Assembly (NCBI RefSeq): GCF_000142905.1
Contig: NW_013657665.1
Location: 248,001 to 312,000 of the forward strand
Direction of reading: 5' to 3'
DNA length: 64,000 bases
DNA from: Thecamonas trahens ATCC 50062
Taxonomy: Eukaryota; Protista; Apusomonadida
Part shown: positions 54,026 through 64,000 of the stretch, one piece after another
Position numbering within the stretch: the stretch's first letter is position 1
How the letters are laid out: the number at the start of each line of letters is the position of its first letter
Position numbers and translations under genes: made by a program
Notes under the pieces: model-generated
Database searches by the model: none
Told to the model about the DNA's origin: nothing
The model's input: only the letters and a program-made list of their open reading frames with translations

Positions 54026-57000
54026 ATGGAGGTGGTGGAGTTTGAGACCGCCAAGGCAGGCGATAAGAAGTACCTGCGCAAGTACTTTGCAGGCTTGGAT
54101 GCGGCGCTGAGTGTGGACAAGTCGGATCCGAGGCCGCATCTGGCGCGGATGACCGAGCATATGGAGGTGGCGCTGGCGACGATGGCGGGCAAGGATGATG
54201 GCGAGGGCGAAAAGGCGGGCGAGGAGATGGACGATGCGGCGGTCAAGGCGGCCAAGGCAGCGGCCAAGGACAAGAAGGTATTTGCCGAGTACGTGACCGA
54301 GACGATTCTCCCGCTGATCATGACCTCGCTTCTGGACCGCGAGTACATGGCGGCGGCGCACATCGAGGCGATGCTCGAGTTTGTGGGGCAGGTCATTGAC
54401 GCAGTTGTGGATGCGATTCGTTCGCGGAAGCACAGCGACGCGTTTCTGCGGTCGCTGGAGCCGCTGGTCACTGCCTCGATGGACTTTTATACCAAGCACG
54501 GAGTCGAGTCGGATGAGGACGTGTCGCCGGAGGAACGAGCCAAGTTCTTCCTCACCACCGGGTCGTCGACCCAGTATGCGTACATCGACTCGACGGACCC
54601 AGACGACTCGGTCTACTTTGCGCGGGTCATTTCGCAGCTCGGTGAGCGCGGTCTCTTTGACGCCATTGTCGAGCGTGTGGCGTGCGGCGAGCGGCTCGAG
54701 TCGACGACGCTCCTTTTGTTTGTGCGGTTTGCCAAGGCTGTCGAGGATGACCTCGTCCCAGCCTTTCTCACCTCGTATCTTCCGCACCTGACTAGCGCCG
54801 TGCTCCGCTACCTCGGTAGCCTCACGGCCGACGAGGCCAAGACTCAGGATCTCGAAGACCTCTCTGAATGCCTCAACCTGCTGGCCAAGATGAGCAAGAT
54901 CTCGCGTGACGCCGAAGTGGCGGCACTCAACCAGGCGCTGCAGCAGGCCAAGCTGGATCTCGCGCTGACCTACATCGAGCTCCCGTTCCTTGCGCCGTCA
55001 CTCAAGGGCATGGGCTACTTGCGGCATCTCATGGCTGTTGCTGCTGGAGACAAGGACGAGAACGCGGCATTCAAAAAGCCAAAGCGCCGCGGTAACATGG
55101 TGTCGTACTATCCGGCGGCGTACACGTCACCGGCTGCGGCGGTGGCGGCAGCAGCGCTGGCGCGCAGCCGCGGTGGCGCGTCGGCGAGCTCGGGCAGCTC
55201 GTCGTCGGGAGGAGAAAAGGGGCCGATTGCGCCGCCGACCCTCATCACCATTCCGTTCCTCCTTCGGTGGATGGACGACCAGAGTCTGATGGAGCGGGTG
55301 CTTAAGGCCGGCCATCCCGAGGTAGTCAAGGGCGGCTCGCACATCCTCCAGTTTATCGCCGAGCACGACGTGCTCTCGAACGACGTTCTCGACTCGATGT
55401 GGTCGACCGTCCTTACCGGCCACGAGTCGATCCAGGCCAAGATCTTTGAGGTCTTCCTTGCCCTCATCGATGTCCTCCCGACTGTCCAGGTCGACTACAT
55501 TTACTCGCACATCCAGGCGCTCGAGCCAGAGCGGTTCGACAACCAGGTCCTCAACTTTGTGTCGGACTTTACCCTCAAGGCTGTGGCCAAGGCCGAAGAC
55601 GGAGACGACGGCGACGGCGGCGATACCGGCGATGCGCCGGGCGCGTCATCGGGAGCGGGTGTGCGCCAGCCGGCGTCGACATATGGGCTCGAGCTGTTCT
55701 GGAACATTTTGCTCACCGCCTCGTCCGACGCTGTCGTCCGCGAGACCTGTAACTACCTGCAGCGGCTGCTGGGCGAGTTCCCGGCGCACCGCGAGGCGTT
55801 TGTGGAAAAGTGCGTGGCCAACCTTGCGAGCGGAACCATTGTGGCAACTTCGGTTGCGCTGCTCTCGTCGATCCTGGACTCGTACACGCCGACCTCGCTC
55901 GCCGAAGCTCTGGTCGAGCTCAACGACCAGCACTCGCTGTTGGCGGTGCTTGTCGGCCATGTTGCGAGCGGGAGCCCGGCCGCCCGAGACGATCTCTCGT
56001 GCATTCTTGCGCTCCTCGACTCGGTCCTCACCTCGTCGCCGCTGGAGCTTGAGACTGAGCTTGCCAACTCGCTGTGGGACGCCGGAGTGGCGCTTGGCGC
56101 GTCGGCCGAGGTCATTGACTGGTTCTACTCGATGTCGTTTGCGACGACGCTTGTGGATCCGTACACCAAGGAGCGGTCGTACACTGCGCTGCCCGACGCT
56201 GTCAAGGCCGAGCTCTTCACCTCGCGCATTGCTTCGCTCGCGCCGGCCGACGTCGACGCGCCGTCGATGCGACTGTATGCGGCGTACTTTCGCGACGTCA
56301 ACGCTCGCGCTGGTACGCTCCGCAAGATCTCGGACATCATGACTCGGACGCTGGCCTTTGCCGGCATTGAGGGCGAGTCGTTTGTGTGGCAGGTGGCGGC
56401 GATCAACGCCGACGCCGAGGTTGCTACCGAAGCGCTCTTTATTCTTCGCGACGTCTATGTCAACGTCGACGACGTGGTGCCGGCCGGTGCGGCGCGAACC
56501 GCTCGTGCGCGGGCCACCGACGCCATCCTCGCCGAGCTGGCCAAGGGCTGCCAGCTCTCGGGCCCGCGCATGATTTGGCTGCTGAAGGAGCTGGTGGTGG
56601 CGACAAGGGCCAAGGGTGCGCTGCAGGCGCTTGACCGGTCCTCGCCCGGTGGACGGCTCGTCACGAGCGCTTTCGACACACTCTTTGGCCTCCTTGCCGA
56701 GCCGGCGCTCATGGACGGCGTGTGGGAGCTGCTGCTACTGTTGCCGGACGAGCCTAAGCTCGCGAGCGCAGTCTACGGACTCCCCACCAACGAGGCCGGC
56801 CTTGAGCTGGCGGTGACGCCGTACGACCCGGCCAAGGAGCCGGGTCCGTTTACCTTTCACGTCTTTTACGTGGCACGGATGATCAAGGCCGCCCTGGCCG
56901 TCCCCGGGTGGGCCGAGGCGTTTGTGGCCCACGGCGGGCTCGAGTACCTCATTGGTGTCTTTACCACTAAGGAGGTGCTTGATACGAGCAACCCAGCGCA

Positions 57001-60000
57001 CGTGTACGGCAAGCGAGCGGCTTCGCTCCTTGCAACACTCATCAACGCCATCTTCAACGCGCCTGGCCTAATGTCGGCTGGTGCGCTTGCGGCGTCGCTT
57101 GACACTGCCTTTATCCACAACCTCATGTCGCAGGTCGCCGAGCTCGCGGCGCCGCAGCCTGGCGGGGCGATTTCGACCTCGCTAGTCATGTCGCGGCCAA
57201 AGCCGCCGTCGTCGTCGCGCGGAACGCTCATTGCCAACTGCCACTACGCCGCCACGCCTAAGGTGCTGCGGTTTGAGGTCGAGGCCGAGGGCCCGTACCA
57301 GGTTGCCGTCTACTGCGTCGACTACAACACCAACCGCCGCATCCAGTCGCTCACCGCGTATCTCGGCGACGACCACTCGCTCGGTGCGCCGCCCAAGGAA
57401 GAGGGCGTCGAGCACGAGGCCGCGGTCATCCTCTCGGGCCCGCAGTTTCACAACGGGCAGTGGGTGGTGTGGAATGTGTACGGCAAGGGCGCGTTCAACA
57501 TCCGAATCGCTGTCGTCGACACCGGAGGGCCGAACTGGACTTTCTCGGCCTTTCTCCTCGACCCGCTTAGCCCCGGCGATAGCGAGCCTCCAGCTGGCGC
57601 CGACCTCGCGTTTCCGACGCTCGCTGCCATTGACTCGTCAACTCAGGGCCGGTGGCGCGGAGTCTACGGCTCTGGCGGCGGTGTGCTGCTGGGCAAGACC
57701 AACTATCCGGTTCCGTCGTCGGTGCCGAGCATGGGCCTCGGGGCGTGGACGACAAACAAGGCGTCCAAGTATGAGTGGATTTCCGAGCTCACTTCGGACC
57801 CGCGGGCGATGCAACAGGTCGGTGCTGAGCCGCTGGCGGCAGCAGCCGCCGCGGCGGAGCCGGAGCCGCTAGCTAGCGGCAAGCCTGAGCCCGAGGTTGA
57901 CTCGACTGAGCCGTGCGAGCCCGAACTTGCCATTGCGGCGGCCGCGAGCCACGCAGCATCCGCGGATGCCGAGTGTGTGGTGCCTGCGGCGCTGCTTGAA
58001 GGCGTTGCCGGCTCGACGTCCAAGTCACTCATCGAGATGCTGTTTGCATCTGTTAGCTCGTCGGCAGACCTTGTCCGCAGCGTGCTCGAGTACGCGCGCG
58101 ACGGCTCGAGCTTTGCTGACTGGCTTCGCGCCACGCTTGTGGGCTCTGCCGACGCCGGGGTGCGGTCTGGAGTCCGCGATGGGCTCCTTGGCCTTGGCGC
58201 CACACCGGCGGGTGCGGAGCTGCGGACGCTTCTCGAGGCCGAGCTGACTGAGCTCGGGGCGCTGCGTGCGAGCACGCCGATGCCGGACCTCACCCAGTTC
58301 TTTGACGTGGTTGTGGCGCTTGAGGCACAGGTGGCGACGCCGCCGCTGGCACTGTTTGAGGCTGTGGCGCGGAGGGTGCTCGAGGCGCCGATCTTGGAAG
58401 ACGACGACGGCGAGGTTGAGGACACGCTCCTCGGTGGTGAGCTCCGGCTGCTTGCGCTCTTTCTGGAGAAGCACGAGGCGTGCCGCAAGGCGGCCGGCAA
58501 GCTGCGGCTCGAGCCGTTCCTCTTTGACGTGGCGCTGTTTGGCGAGCCAGAGAGCCGCGACGAGCCGGCGCTCCCGCTGTGCAAGTCGCCGCAGGCGCGG
58601 GCGCCTGCCTTTGGGGCGCTCGTCACGCTTACGCTCGCAAGCGACAAGACGGCGACGATGGTGGCCAAGCTACTGAGCCACCTCAAGAGCGCGGCGCTGC
58701 CGACCGGCGAAGAGTGGAACGTGGATCCGGCAAATCCGACCGGAACCACGGCAGCGGCCGATGCGTTGACTGGATATGGGCGCGGGAGCGGACGGAGCGA
58801 GCGGAGCGTGTGCAAGTACCGTGGGCTCAAGAACCAGGGCTGCACCTGCTACATGAACGCGTCGCTGCAGCAGATGTTCCTCATCCGTGAGCTCCGCGAC
58901 GCGGTGCTCAATGTGCCATTGCCTGGCGAGGCGTCGGACGATGAGCAGGCCAAGAACATCATGTTCCAGCTCCAGCTCCTCTTTGCGCACATGCAAGAGT
59001 CGAAGGAGAGCTACGTCGATACCATCGGGTTCTGCCGGACGGTGAAGATGAACGGCGATTTCATCCGGCTCGGACAGCAGGAGGATGCCAACGAGTTCCT
59101 CAACGGGTTGGTCGACCAGCTCGAGCCGCACCTCAAGGGCACGCCGCAAGAGCACGTTTTCCGCGACGTGTTTGGCGGGACGTACATGAACCAGATTGTG
59201 TCGAAGGAGTGCGAGCACATCTCGGAGCGGCCCGAGGAGTACCTCACCATCTCGGTCAAGGTGCAGGGCAAGCGGAACTTGCAGGAAGGCCTCGAGTTTC
59301 TGGTCCAGGGTGACATGCTCGACGGCGACAACAAGTACCACTGCGAAAAGTGCGACGCCAAGGTGGCCGCCAACAAGCGGTGCGTCATCCAGCACCTGCC
59401 CAACACGCTTGCACTGCACCTCTGCCGGTTTGAGTTTTCTTTTGAGACCTTCCAGAACGTCAAGGTCAACGACCGCTTCGAGTTCCCAGAGACGCTCAAC
59501 ATGAAGCCGTACACCCGTGAGGGTCTCGCGCTCGCCGAGGGTCTCCCGGTCAACGACGATGAGATCCGTCCCGACTCGTACTACGAGTACCAGTTGGCAG
59601 GCGTGATCATCCACTCGGGCACGGCCAATGCTGGGCACTACTTTTCGTACATTCGCGAGCGCGACGGCGAGCCGTCGATCGCGCCGTGGTACGAGTTTAA
59701 CGACCGGCGTGTCTCGCCGTTTGCCAAGGACGATCTCGCCGACAAGGCCTTTGGCGGCGCGTACTCGGGCATGTCGACCCACTCCAAGTCGTTCTCAGGC
59801 TACATGCTCTTCTACGAGCGCAAGGAGCGGTTCGCGGCACGGGTGTACGACTCAGTCCCACTCCCGCCGCCGTCGCCGGTCTCGCACGACCCGGTTATTC
59901 TGGCCAAGCTCTGGCACGACGCCATCAAGCGTGCCCAGCGCCGTCGGCTGCTCGGCGCCCCGTCGTTGGCCTTTATGTGGGATGTGTTCAAGGCTGCGCC

Positions 60001-61294
60001 GCCGTCGATGGCCACCGTCGAGCTCGGAACGTCGCTCATGTTTGACCTCCTCTGCCACTGCGCCGGCATCGACGACATGGCCGAGCGTATGCGCTACCTG
60101 CAGACGCTCCTCCTCGACTCGGAGCCGGAGCTCGCATCCGAGGCTTGCGCGTGGATGCTGAAGCAGCTGGCTTCGGTCCTGTGTGACTGGCTGCGCAATG
60201 TGCTCGTCAAGTGCCCCCTGCCAGACGTCCGAGACGCGGCTTCGGACCTGGTCATTGCGGTTATGGCGCGGGTGGCTGCCGACGAGGCTGCCGTCGCTGC
60301 CGCCGCGCCGCCGGCCGCCGCCGATGACGAGGCTGCCGCCACTAAGCCGCCGCTTGTCGAGGAGTTTGGCTCGCGAGTGGTCAAGGTCCTGCGTCTTGCA
60401 GCTTACCGATCGCCCAAGACCACCGGGGCGCTCGTCCGGGTGCTCAAGGCATACGCCGAGTCTGGGCCGGCGGCACGGTCGTCGCTGGTCGGCATCGGTG
60501 CCGTCAAGGAGTTGTGCCAGCTGTACATGGCGTGGAAGACGCCGGTGATGGGGTCAAAGAGCGAGAGCGACGCGGCGCCGGCCCAGCTCCCGCTGGTGGA
60601 GCTCATTGTCCTCCTTGCCACCGCCGACGACATTGCGTCGGTCGAGCTGAGCGAGGCCGACGTCGAGAAGCTGTTTGAAAAAGCATTTGTGACTGCGGTG
60701 TCGGGCGTGCCGGCATATTCTGACCTTGTCGCCGCGCTCATCGCGCGGTGGTGCCCGTCGAACGAGCTGCTCTCGGACCGGCTCCTGCTCGGCATCTCGT
60801 CGGGTGTCAACGCGTACTTTGACACCGCGCCGCAGTCCTCGTTTGCCGCCGCTCTCGAGGCCCTGTTGGGCATCGACGACGAGCTTGCGACATCGCGAGC
60901 AACCAAGGTTGCCACTGGCCTCCTCGCCCTCCTCATCAAGAACCTCAAGCTCGCCCGCGCCAAGACCTTTATCGTCGCGCTCATTTGCCGCATCGCTCTC
61001 ATCTCGCAGACTGTCCACGACGAGCTTGTCTCCGCTACTGCCTTCCTCGGCATGATCGACAAACACGCATCGTTCCGCGACTACCTTCGCAGCGACGACG
61101 TCCGTCCCTCGTTTGTCGCCGCCTTTCCCGAGCTGGAGCAGGCCATTGCCTTCCGCGACGCGTCGGTCGCAACGACCCCGGCCGACTCGCCTGCTGGCGA
61201 CGCTGCCTCTACCGACCTCGATCTCACTGCGGGCGCCGATGACGACGACGACGACGCTGTCGAGGCCGTTGTTCAGGGCCCCGCACTGCCGTGA
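54026..61294 (+). CDS. Large ubiquitin-specific protease (USP9/24/34-like, peptidase C19)
   Basis: Cys box GLKNQGCTCYMNASLQQ, QQEDANEF, Zn ribbon YHCEKC, His box IIHSGTANAGHYFSYI, WYEFND, YMLFYER. ATG at 54026. Confidence 0.93.
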   Translation: MEVVEFETAKAGDKKYLRKYFAGLDAALSVDKSDPRPHLARMTEHMEVALATMAGKDDGEGEKAGEEMDDAAVKAAKAAAKDKKVFAEYVTETILPLIMTSLLDREYMAAAHIEAMLEFVGQVIDAVVDAIRSRKHSDAFLRSLEPLVTASMDFYTKHGVESDEDVSPEERAKFFLTTGSSTQYAYIDSTDPDDSVYFARVISQLGERGLFDAIVERVACGERLESTTLLLFVRFAKAVEDDLVPAFLTSYLPHLTSAVLRYLGSLTADEAKTQDLEDLSECLNLLAKMSKISRDAEVAALNQALQQAKLDLALTYIELPFLAPSLKGMGYLRHLMAVAAGDKDENAAFKKPKRRGNMVSYYPAAYTSPAAAVAAAALARSRGGASASSGSSSSGGEKGPIAPPTLITIPFLLRWMDDQSLMERVLKAGHPEVVKGGSHILQFIAEHDVLSNDVLDSMWSTVLTGHESIQAKIFEVFLALIDVLPTVQVDYIYSHIQALEPERFDNQVLNFVSDFTLKAVAKAEDGDDGDGGDTGDAPGASSGAGVRQPASTYGLELFWNILLTASSDAVVRETCNYLQRLLGEFPAHREAFVEKCVANLASGTIVATSVALLSSILDSYTPTSLAEALVELNDQHSLLAVLVGHVASGSPAARDDLSCILALLDSVLTSSPLELETELANSLWDAGVALGASAEVIDWFYSMSFATTLVDPYTKERSYTALPDAVKAELFTSRIASLAPADVDAPSMRLYAAYFRDVNARAGTLRKISDIMTRTLAFAGIEGESFVWQVAAINADAEVATEALFILRDVYVNVDDVVPAGAARTARARATDAILAELAKGCQLSGPRMIWLLKELVVATRAKGALQALDRSSPGGRLVTSAFDTLFGLLAEPALMDGVWELLLLLPDEPKLASAVYGLPTNEAGLELAVTPYDPAKEPGPFTFHVFYVARMIKAALAVPGWAEAFVAHGGLEYLIGVFTTKEVLDTSNPAHVYGKRAASLLATLINAIFNAPGLMSAGALAASLDTAFIHNLMSQVAELAAPQPGGAISTSLVMSRPKPPSSSRGTLIANCHYAATPKVLRFEVEAEGPYQVAVYCVDYNTNRRIQSLTAYLGDDHSLGAPPKEEGVEHEAAVILSGPQFHNGQWVVWNVYGKGAFNIRIAVVDTGGPNWTFSAFLLDPLSPGDSEPPAGADLAFPTLAAIDSSTQGRWRGVYGSGGGVLLGKTNYPVPSSVPSMGLGAWTTNKASKYEWISELTSDPRAMQQVGAEPLAAAAAAAEPEPLASGKPEPEVDSTEPCEPELAIAAAASHAASADAECVVPAALLEGVAGSTSKSLIEMLFASVSSSADLVRSVLEYARDGSSFADWLRATLVGSADAGVRSGVRDGLLGLGATPAGAELRTLLEAELTELGALRASTPMPDLTQFFDVVVALEAQVATPPLALFEAVARRVLEAPILEDDDGEVEDTLLGGELRLLALFLEKHEACRKAAGKLRLEPFLFDVALFGEPESRDEPALPLCKSPQARAPAFGALVTLTLASDKTATMVAKLLSHLKSAALPTGEEWNVDPANPTGTTAAADALTGYGRGSGRSERSVCKYRGLKNQGCTCYMNASLQQMFLIRELRDAVLNVPLPGEASDDEQAKNIMFQLQLLFAHMQESKESYVDTIGFCRTVKMNGDFIRLGQQEDANEFLNGLVDQLEPHLKGTPQEHVFRDVFGGTYMNQIVSKECEHISERPEEYLTISVKVQGKRNLQEGLEFLVQGDMLDGDNKYHCEKCDAKVAANKRCVIQHLPNTLALHLCRFEFSFETFQNVKVNDRFEFPETLNMKPYTREGLALAEGLPVNDDEIRPDSYYEYQLAGVIIHSGTANAGHYFSYIRERDGEPSIAPWYEFNDRRVSPFAKDDLADKAFGGAYSGMSTHSKSFSGYMLFYERKERFAARVYDSVPLPPPSPVSHDPVILAKLWHDAIKRAQRRRLLGAPSLAFMWDVFKAAPPSMATVELGTSLMFDLLCHCAGIDDMAERMRYLQTLLLDSEPELASEACAWMLKQLASVLCDWLRNVLVKCPLPDVRDAASDLVIAVMARVAADEAAVAAAAPPAAADDEAAATKPPLVEEFGSRVVKVLRLAAYRSPKTTGALVRVLKAYAESGPAARSSLVGIGAVKELCQLYMAWKTPVMGSKSESDAAPAQLPLVELIVLLATADDIASVELSEADVEKLFEKAFVTAVSGVPAYSDLVAALIARWCPSNELLSDRLLLGISSGVNAYFDTAPQSSFAAALEALLGIDDELATSRATKVATGLLALLIKNLKLARAKTFIVALICRIALISQTVHDELVSATAFLGMIDKHASFRDYLRSDDVRPSFVAAFPELEQAIAFRDASVATTPADSPAGDAASTDLDLTAGADDDDDDAVEAVVQGPALP

Positions 61295-61672
61295 TAAAAG
61301 TTGGCAACCTCGTGTGGTTGAGCATGCCGTGCACGCCAGCTGGCTCGGGAGGCGAAACCTCGTAGATAAGCGCGCCTCTTGCCGAATTGGGCAAATGCCG
61401 CCGCCAATCGGGAGTGGGCAGCCAATTTACCCCATTTTTTCAAGCCCTCGCTCTGATTGGTGTTGCCACAGAGCAGTGGGAAATAGCCCGCTCGGGCCTT
61501 GGTATTCCACCTAGCCAACGGTAACTCTCTCGCTGCATTGACCTTGTCGGTCTTTGTACGCATGGACCGTGGCGAGGCCGCTCATCCCCAGAGCCTCGGG
61601 GTCCTGCCCTCGACACACCATCCAATGTCGTTTATGGGAGCTTGGAACAAAGGTTGCCGCACGTCAGGCGAG

Positions 61673-64000
61673 ATGGGCCCTCGTCCTGCCGAATCCGCTA
61701 CGGCCTGCGTACTCGGTTCCGTGGCGAGAAGAACCGAAGCGACGGCGTGCTTCGACAAGCACGTGTGTGGCAGGTACATTCATAGTCGTTGGCGCCTTGA
61801 CGTCGTCTTGGCGCTCGTGGTTGTCGTCTGTTTGGCGTTTGCCGCCCCGTCACTTGCTCGCCGCCGCCGCCGCCTCCACCCAATCCGCCGCCGCCACTGC
61901 CGCCGCCGCCGCCACCCGCTCCTGGCGGCTTTCCAGGTGGTCTCTCGGGCCGTAACGGAGTGCCTGATCCGCATCTTCGGATGTATGGACTTTATCCGGT
62001 CAACTCGTCGCCGGATCGGTCGCTGATGGCGCTCACCAACGCCTTCAACACTAGGCCCAACGCGACGGTAGTGGTCGACTACTTTGCCTTCCCGGCGCCG
62101 ACGACGCTCGAGCAGTATATGCCGTGGCTGGAGGGTGTGGGCGGGTCACCGGACGTTGTGACCTCGTTTCCGCGGCGTGGCGAGTCGGTGCTCAACGGCG
62201 AGCACATGGTTGCACTTGATAGCGTGTGGGAGAAGGCCGCGCTCTCATCGCGGGTTCCGCCGGTTGTCGACGACAATCTGTCCGGCAGTGACGGTTCACG
62301 CTACGCTGTCCCACTGCTTGTCGAGGTGGCAACGTGCACGTATCGAGCGTCGATGTTTGAGGCGCTTGGCATCCCGCAACCGCCCGCAACGTGGACCGAG
62401 CTCCTGGCGTTGTGTGAGCAGGTGGTTGGCAATGGCATGGCGTGCCTCGCTACGGACATGTCTCATTTTGAAGCCTCTGTCTACTTTGATTTTCTCGTCA
62501 TCCGCATGCACGGCAACGAATTTTACAACAACTGGGTCAACGGCCTCGTCTCGTGGCTCGAGCCAGAGATGCAGGCGACGCTGCGTGAAGTGCTTGTTCT
62601 CCGGAAGCGTGGCTACTTTGCGCCTCTAATCCGCAATGAGGCTCCTGTCATGCCGTCAGCTGTAGACGTTGTCAACAACGCATCGCTCATCTACTGTGGC
62701 CTGGACGCCGCGCTGGGCATGCACCAATCGATGCGCCCGCCGCCCGACTTTGTGGCGTTTCCGTTTCCGGTTTATGATGGTAAGCATGGGACCACGGGAA
62801 TGGCCATGCCGCCGCTGGCCAGCGATGGCGCACCAACTGCATTTCTCTCGCTGGCGGTGCCAGTCCGCGGCCTCTTCACCGATCTTGCCGTCTCATTTCT
62901 GGAGTATTCGCTTGAGCCGTCGACTCTGGCGCTCATGAGCGGGACCATGATCTCGGGCGTCTCGCCCTGGGTCACTTCACCGCTCGGGTCACGGTCGCCG
63001 CGCGAGCAGGTCTTGTACGACATTATGGTGAGCGCGTCGTCTTCGTGTCTGCCACTCTCGCGGTGGTCGTTCAAGTTCACCGAGTTGACCACTATGTGGA
63101 GTTCGTTCCTCACCGATTTCAACCACGCGGCAACGGGAGACGAAGCAGAAGCGCTAGCGGTGGCACAATGGCCGCAAATGGAGGCGCTGCGGCTCTCGGT
63201 AGTGTTTGGCGTGACAGCGCTACCTGTGGCCACGCCGTCGGGCGGCACGTTTTCGGGCATGATCTCGGTCTCACTCGTCTCTTACACGGCCGACGCCGAT
63301 ATTTACTACACGCTAGATGGAAGCCGGCCGACGCAGGGTTCTCCGACATACGAGGCGCCAATTTTGTTGAGTGCACCAGGCGAGACCCGGCTGCGGGCAA
63401 TGGCTGTCGCCTTTGGCTTGCGACCGTCGACCGAGATTAACCTCGCGTACATAGTGGTACGCAACGTGGCGACGCCCGATTCGCCGGGCGACAGCATCAA
63501 GATCACGACGGTGGTAGGCGTGGCGCTGCCACTGGCGCTGCTTGTCATGGCGGTGGTAGCATGCGCAGTGCTTTATGCGCGGCGGCGGCGGGCCCACGTG
63601 TACGCGCTTACCTCGGATCCGGACCTCATTGTCCCCAGCGAGGATCTGCAGGTGTTGGAAGTCATTGGGATTGGCTCGTTTGGCACTGTCTACCGTGGGC
63701 GCTGGCGGGCTATGAACGTGGCTGTCAAGCAGCCGCGTAAGCTCGTCGGCGATGGCATGGTCTCGCCACGGATGGGTACTGACTCCGACTTTAGCAGCTC
63801 AAGCCTCTCCGGACAGCTCAAAGCGTTTGTGGAGGAGGCAGGCATGCTGCTCCGGCTGCGGCACCCAACGTGGTCATTTTCATGGGCATCACCCTTGACC
63901 CTCCGCAGCTGGTCACCGAGCTAATGGAGCGTGGCTCGCTGTACAAGGTGCTCCACACGCCTGAACTCTTCCTCGACCCGTCGATTGTCTTCAAGTGGGC
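61673..64000 (+). CDS. Receptor TKL kinase: signal, poly-Pro, bacterial-type solute-binding domain, Fn3_assoc/CHB_HEX_C domain, TM, kinase. Partial; frame breaks near 61846 and 63865; start uncertain
   Basis: SBP: YAVPL...YRASMFEALGIPQPPATWTELLALC. CHB_HEX_C: PSGGTF...IYYTLDGSRPT. Kinase: IGIGSFGTVYRGRW, VAVK, and after a -1 shift HPNVVIFMG...LVTELMERGSL. Confidence 0.85.

Overview
A GC-rich, gene-dense, intron-poor eukaryotic scaffold with one 100-N gap at 22990-23089. Talin, solute-binding-domain/TKL receptor kinases and GTACG-type splice donors fit a unicellular relative of opisthokonts, most likely the apusomonad Thecamonas trahens; this assignment is inferred, not searched. About 27 protein genes can be supported, and all family calls are from recalled motifs, not database hits. 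They include a giant secreted mosaic protein missing from the ORF track (1-4666, minus), an FN3-TM-RasGAP receptor, a bacterial-type RluB, a CCDC134 homologue, a mitochondrial DegT-family aminotransferase, a CXorf65-like protein, a membrane-anchored Josephin-like protease, a hidden two-exon Zn-finger microprotein, talin, NVL, NHE8, a modular metallothionein-like protein, an R3H/G-patch protein, a Bacteroidetes-like saccharopine dehydrogenase, COQ9, a GNAT, VPS9, an LRR protein, Spinster, a stand-alone SARA C-terminal domain, a large USP and an SBP receptor kinase. There is also a hAT transposase relic. Five introns were reconstructed by hand. Most notable are the 52-Cys metallothionein fused to a Pro/Gly/Tyr-rich N-terminus, an apparently circularly permuted bacterial domain inside the USP, and 5-7 frame breaks that all need the same -1 shift (probably homopolymer assembly errors, but testable). 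Gene packing is extreme, with overlapping stop codons and 39-75 bp same-strand spacers. No rRNA, tRNA or CRISPR array was recognised.
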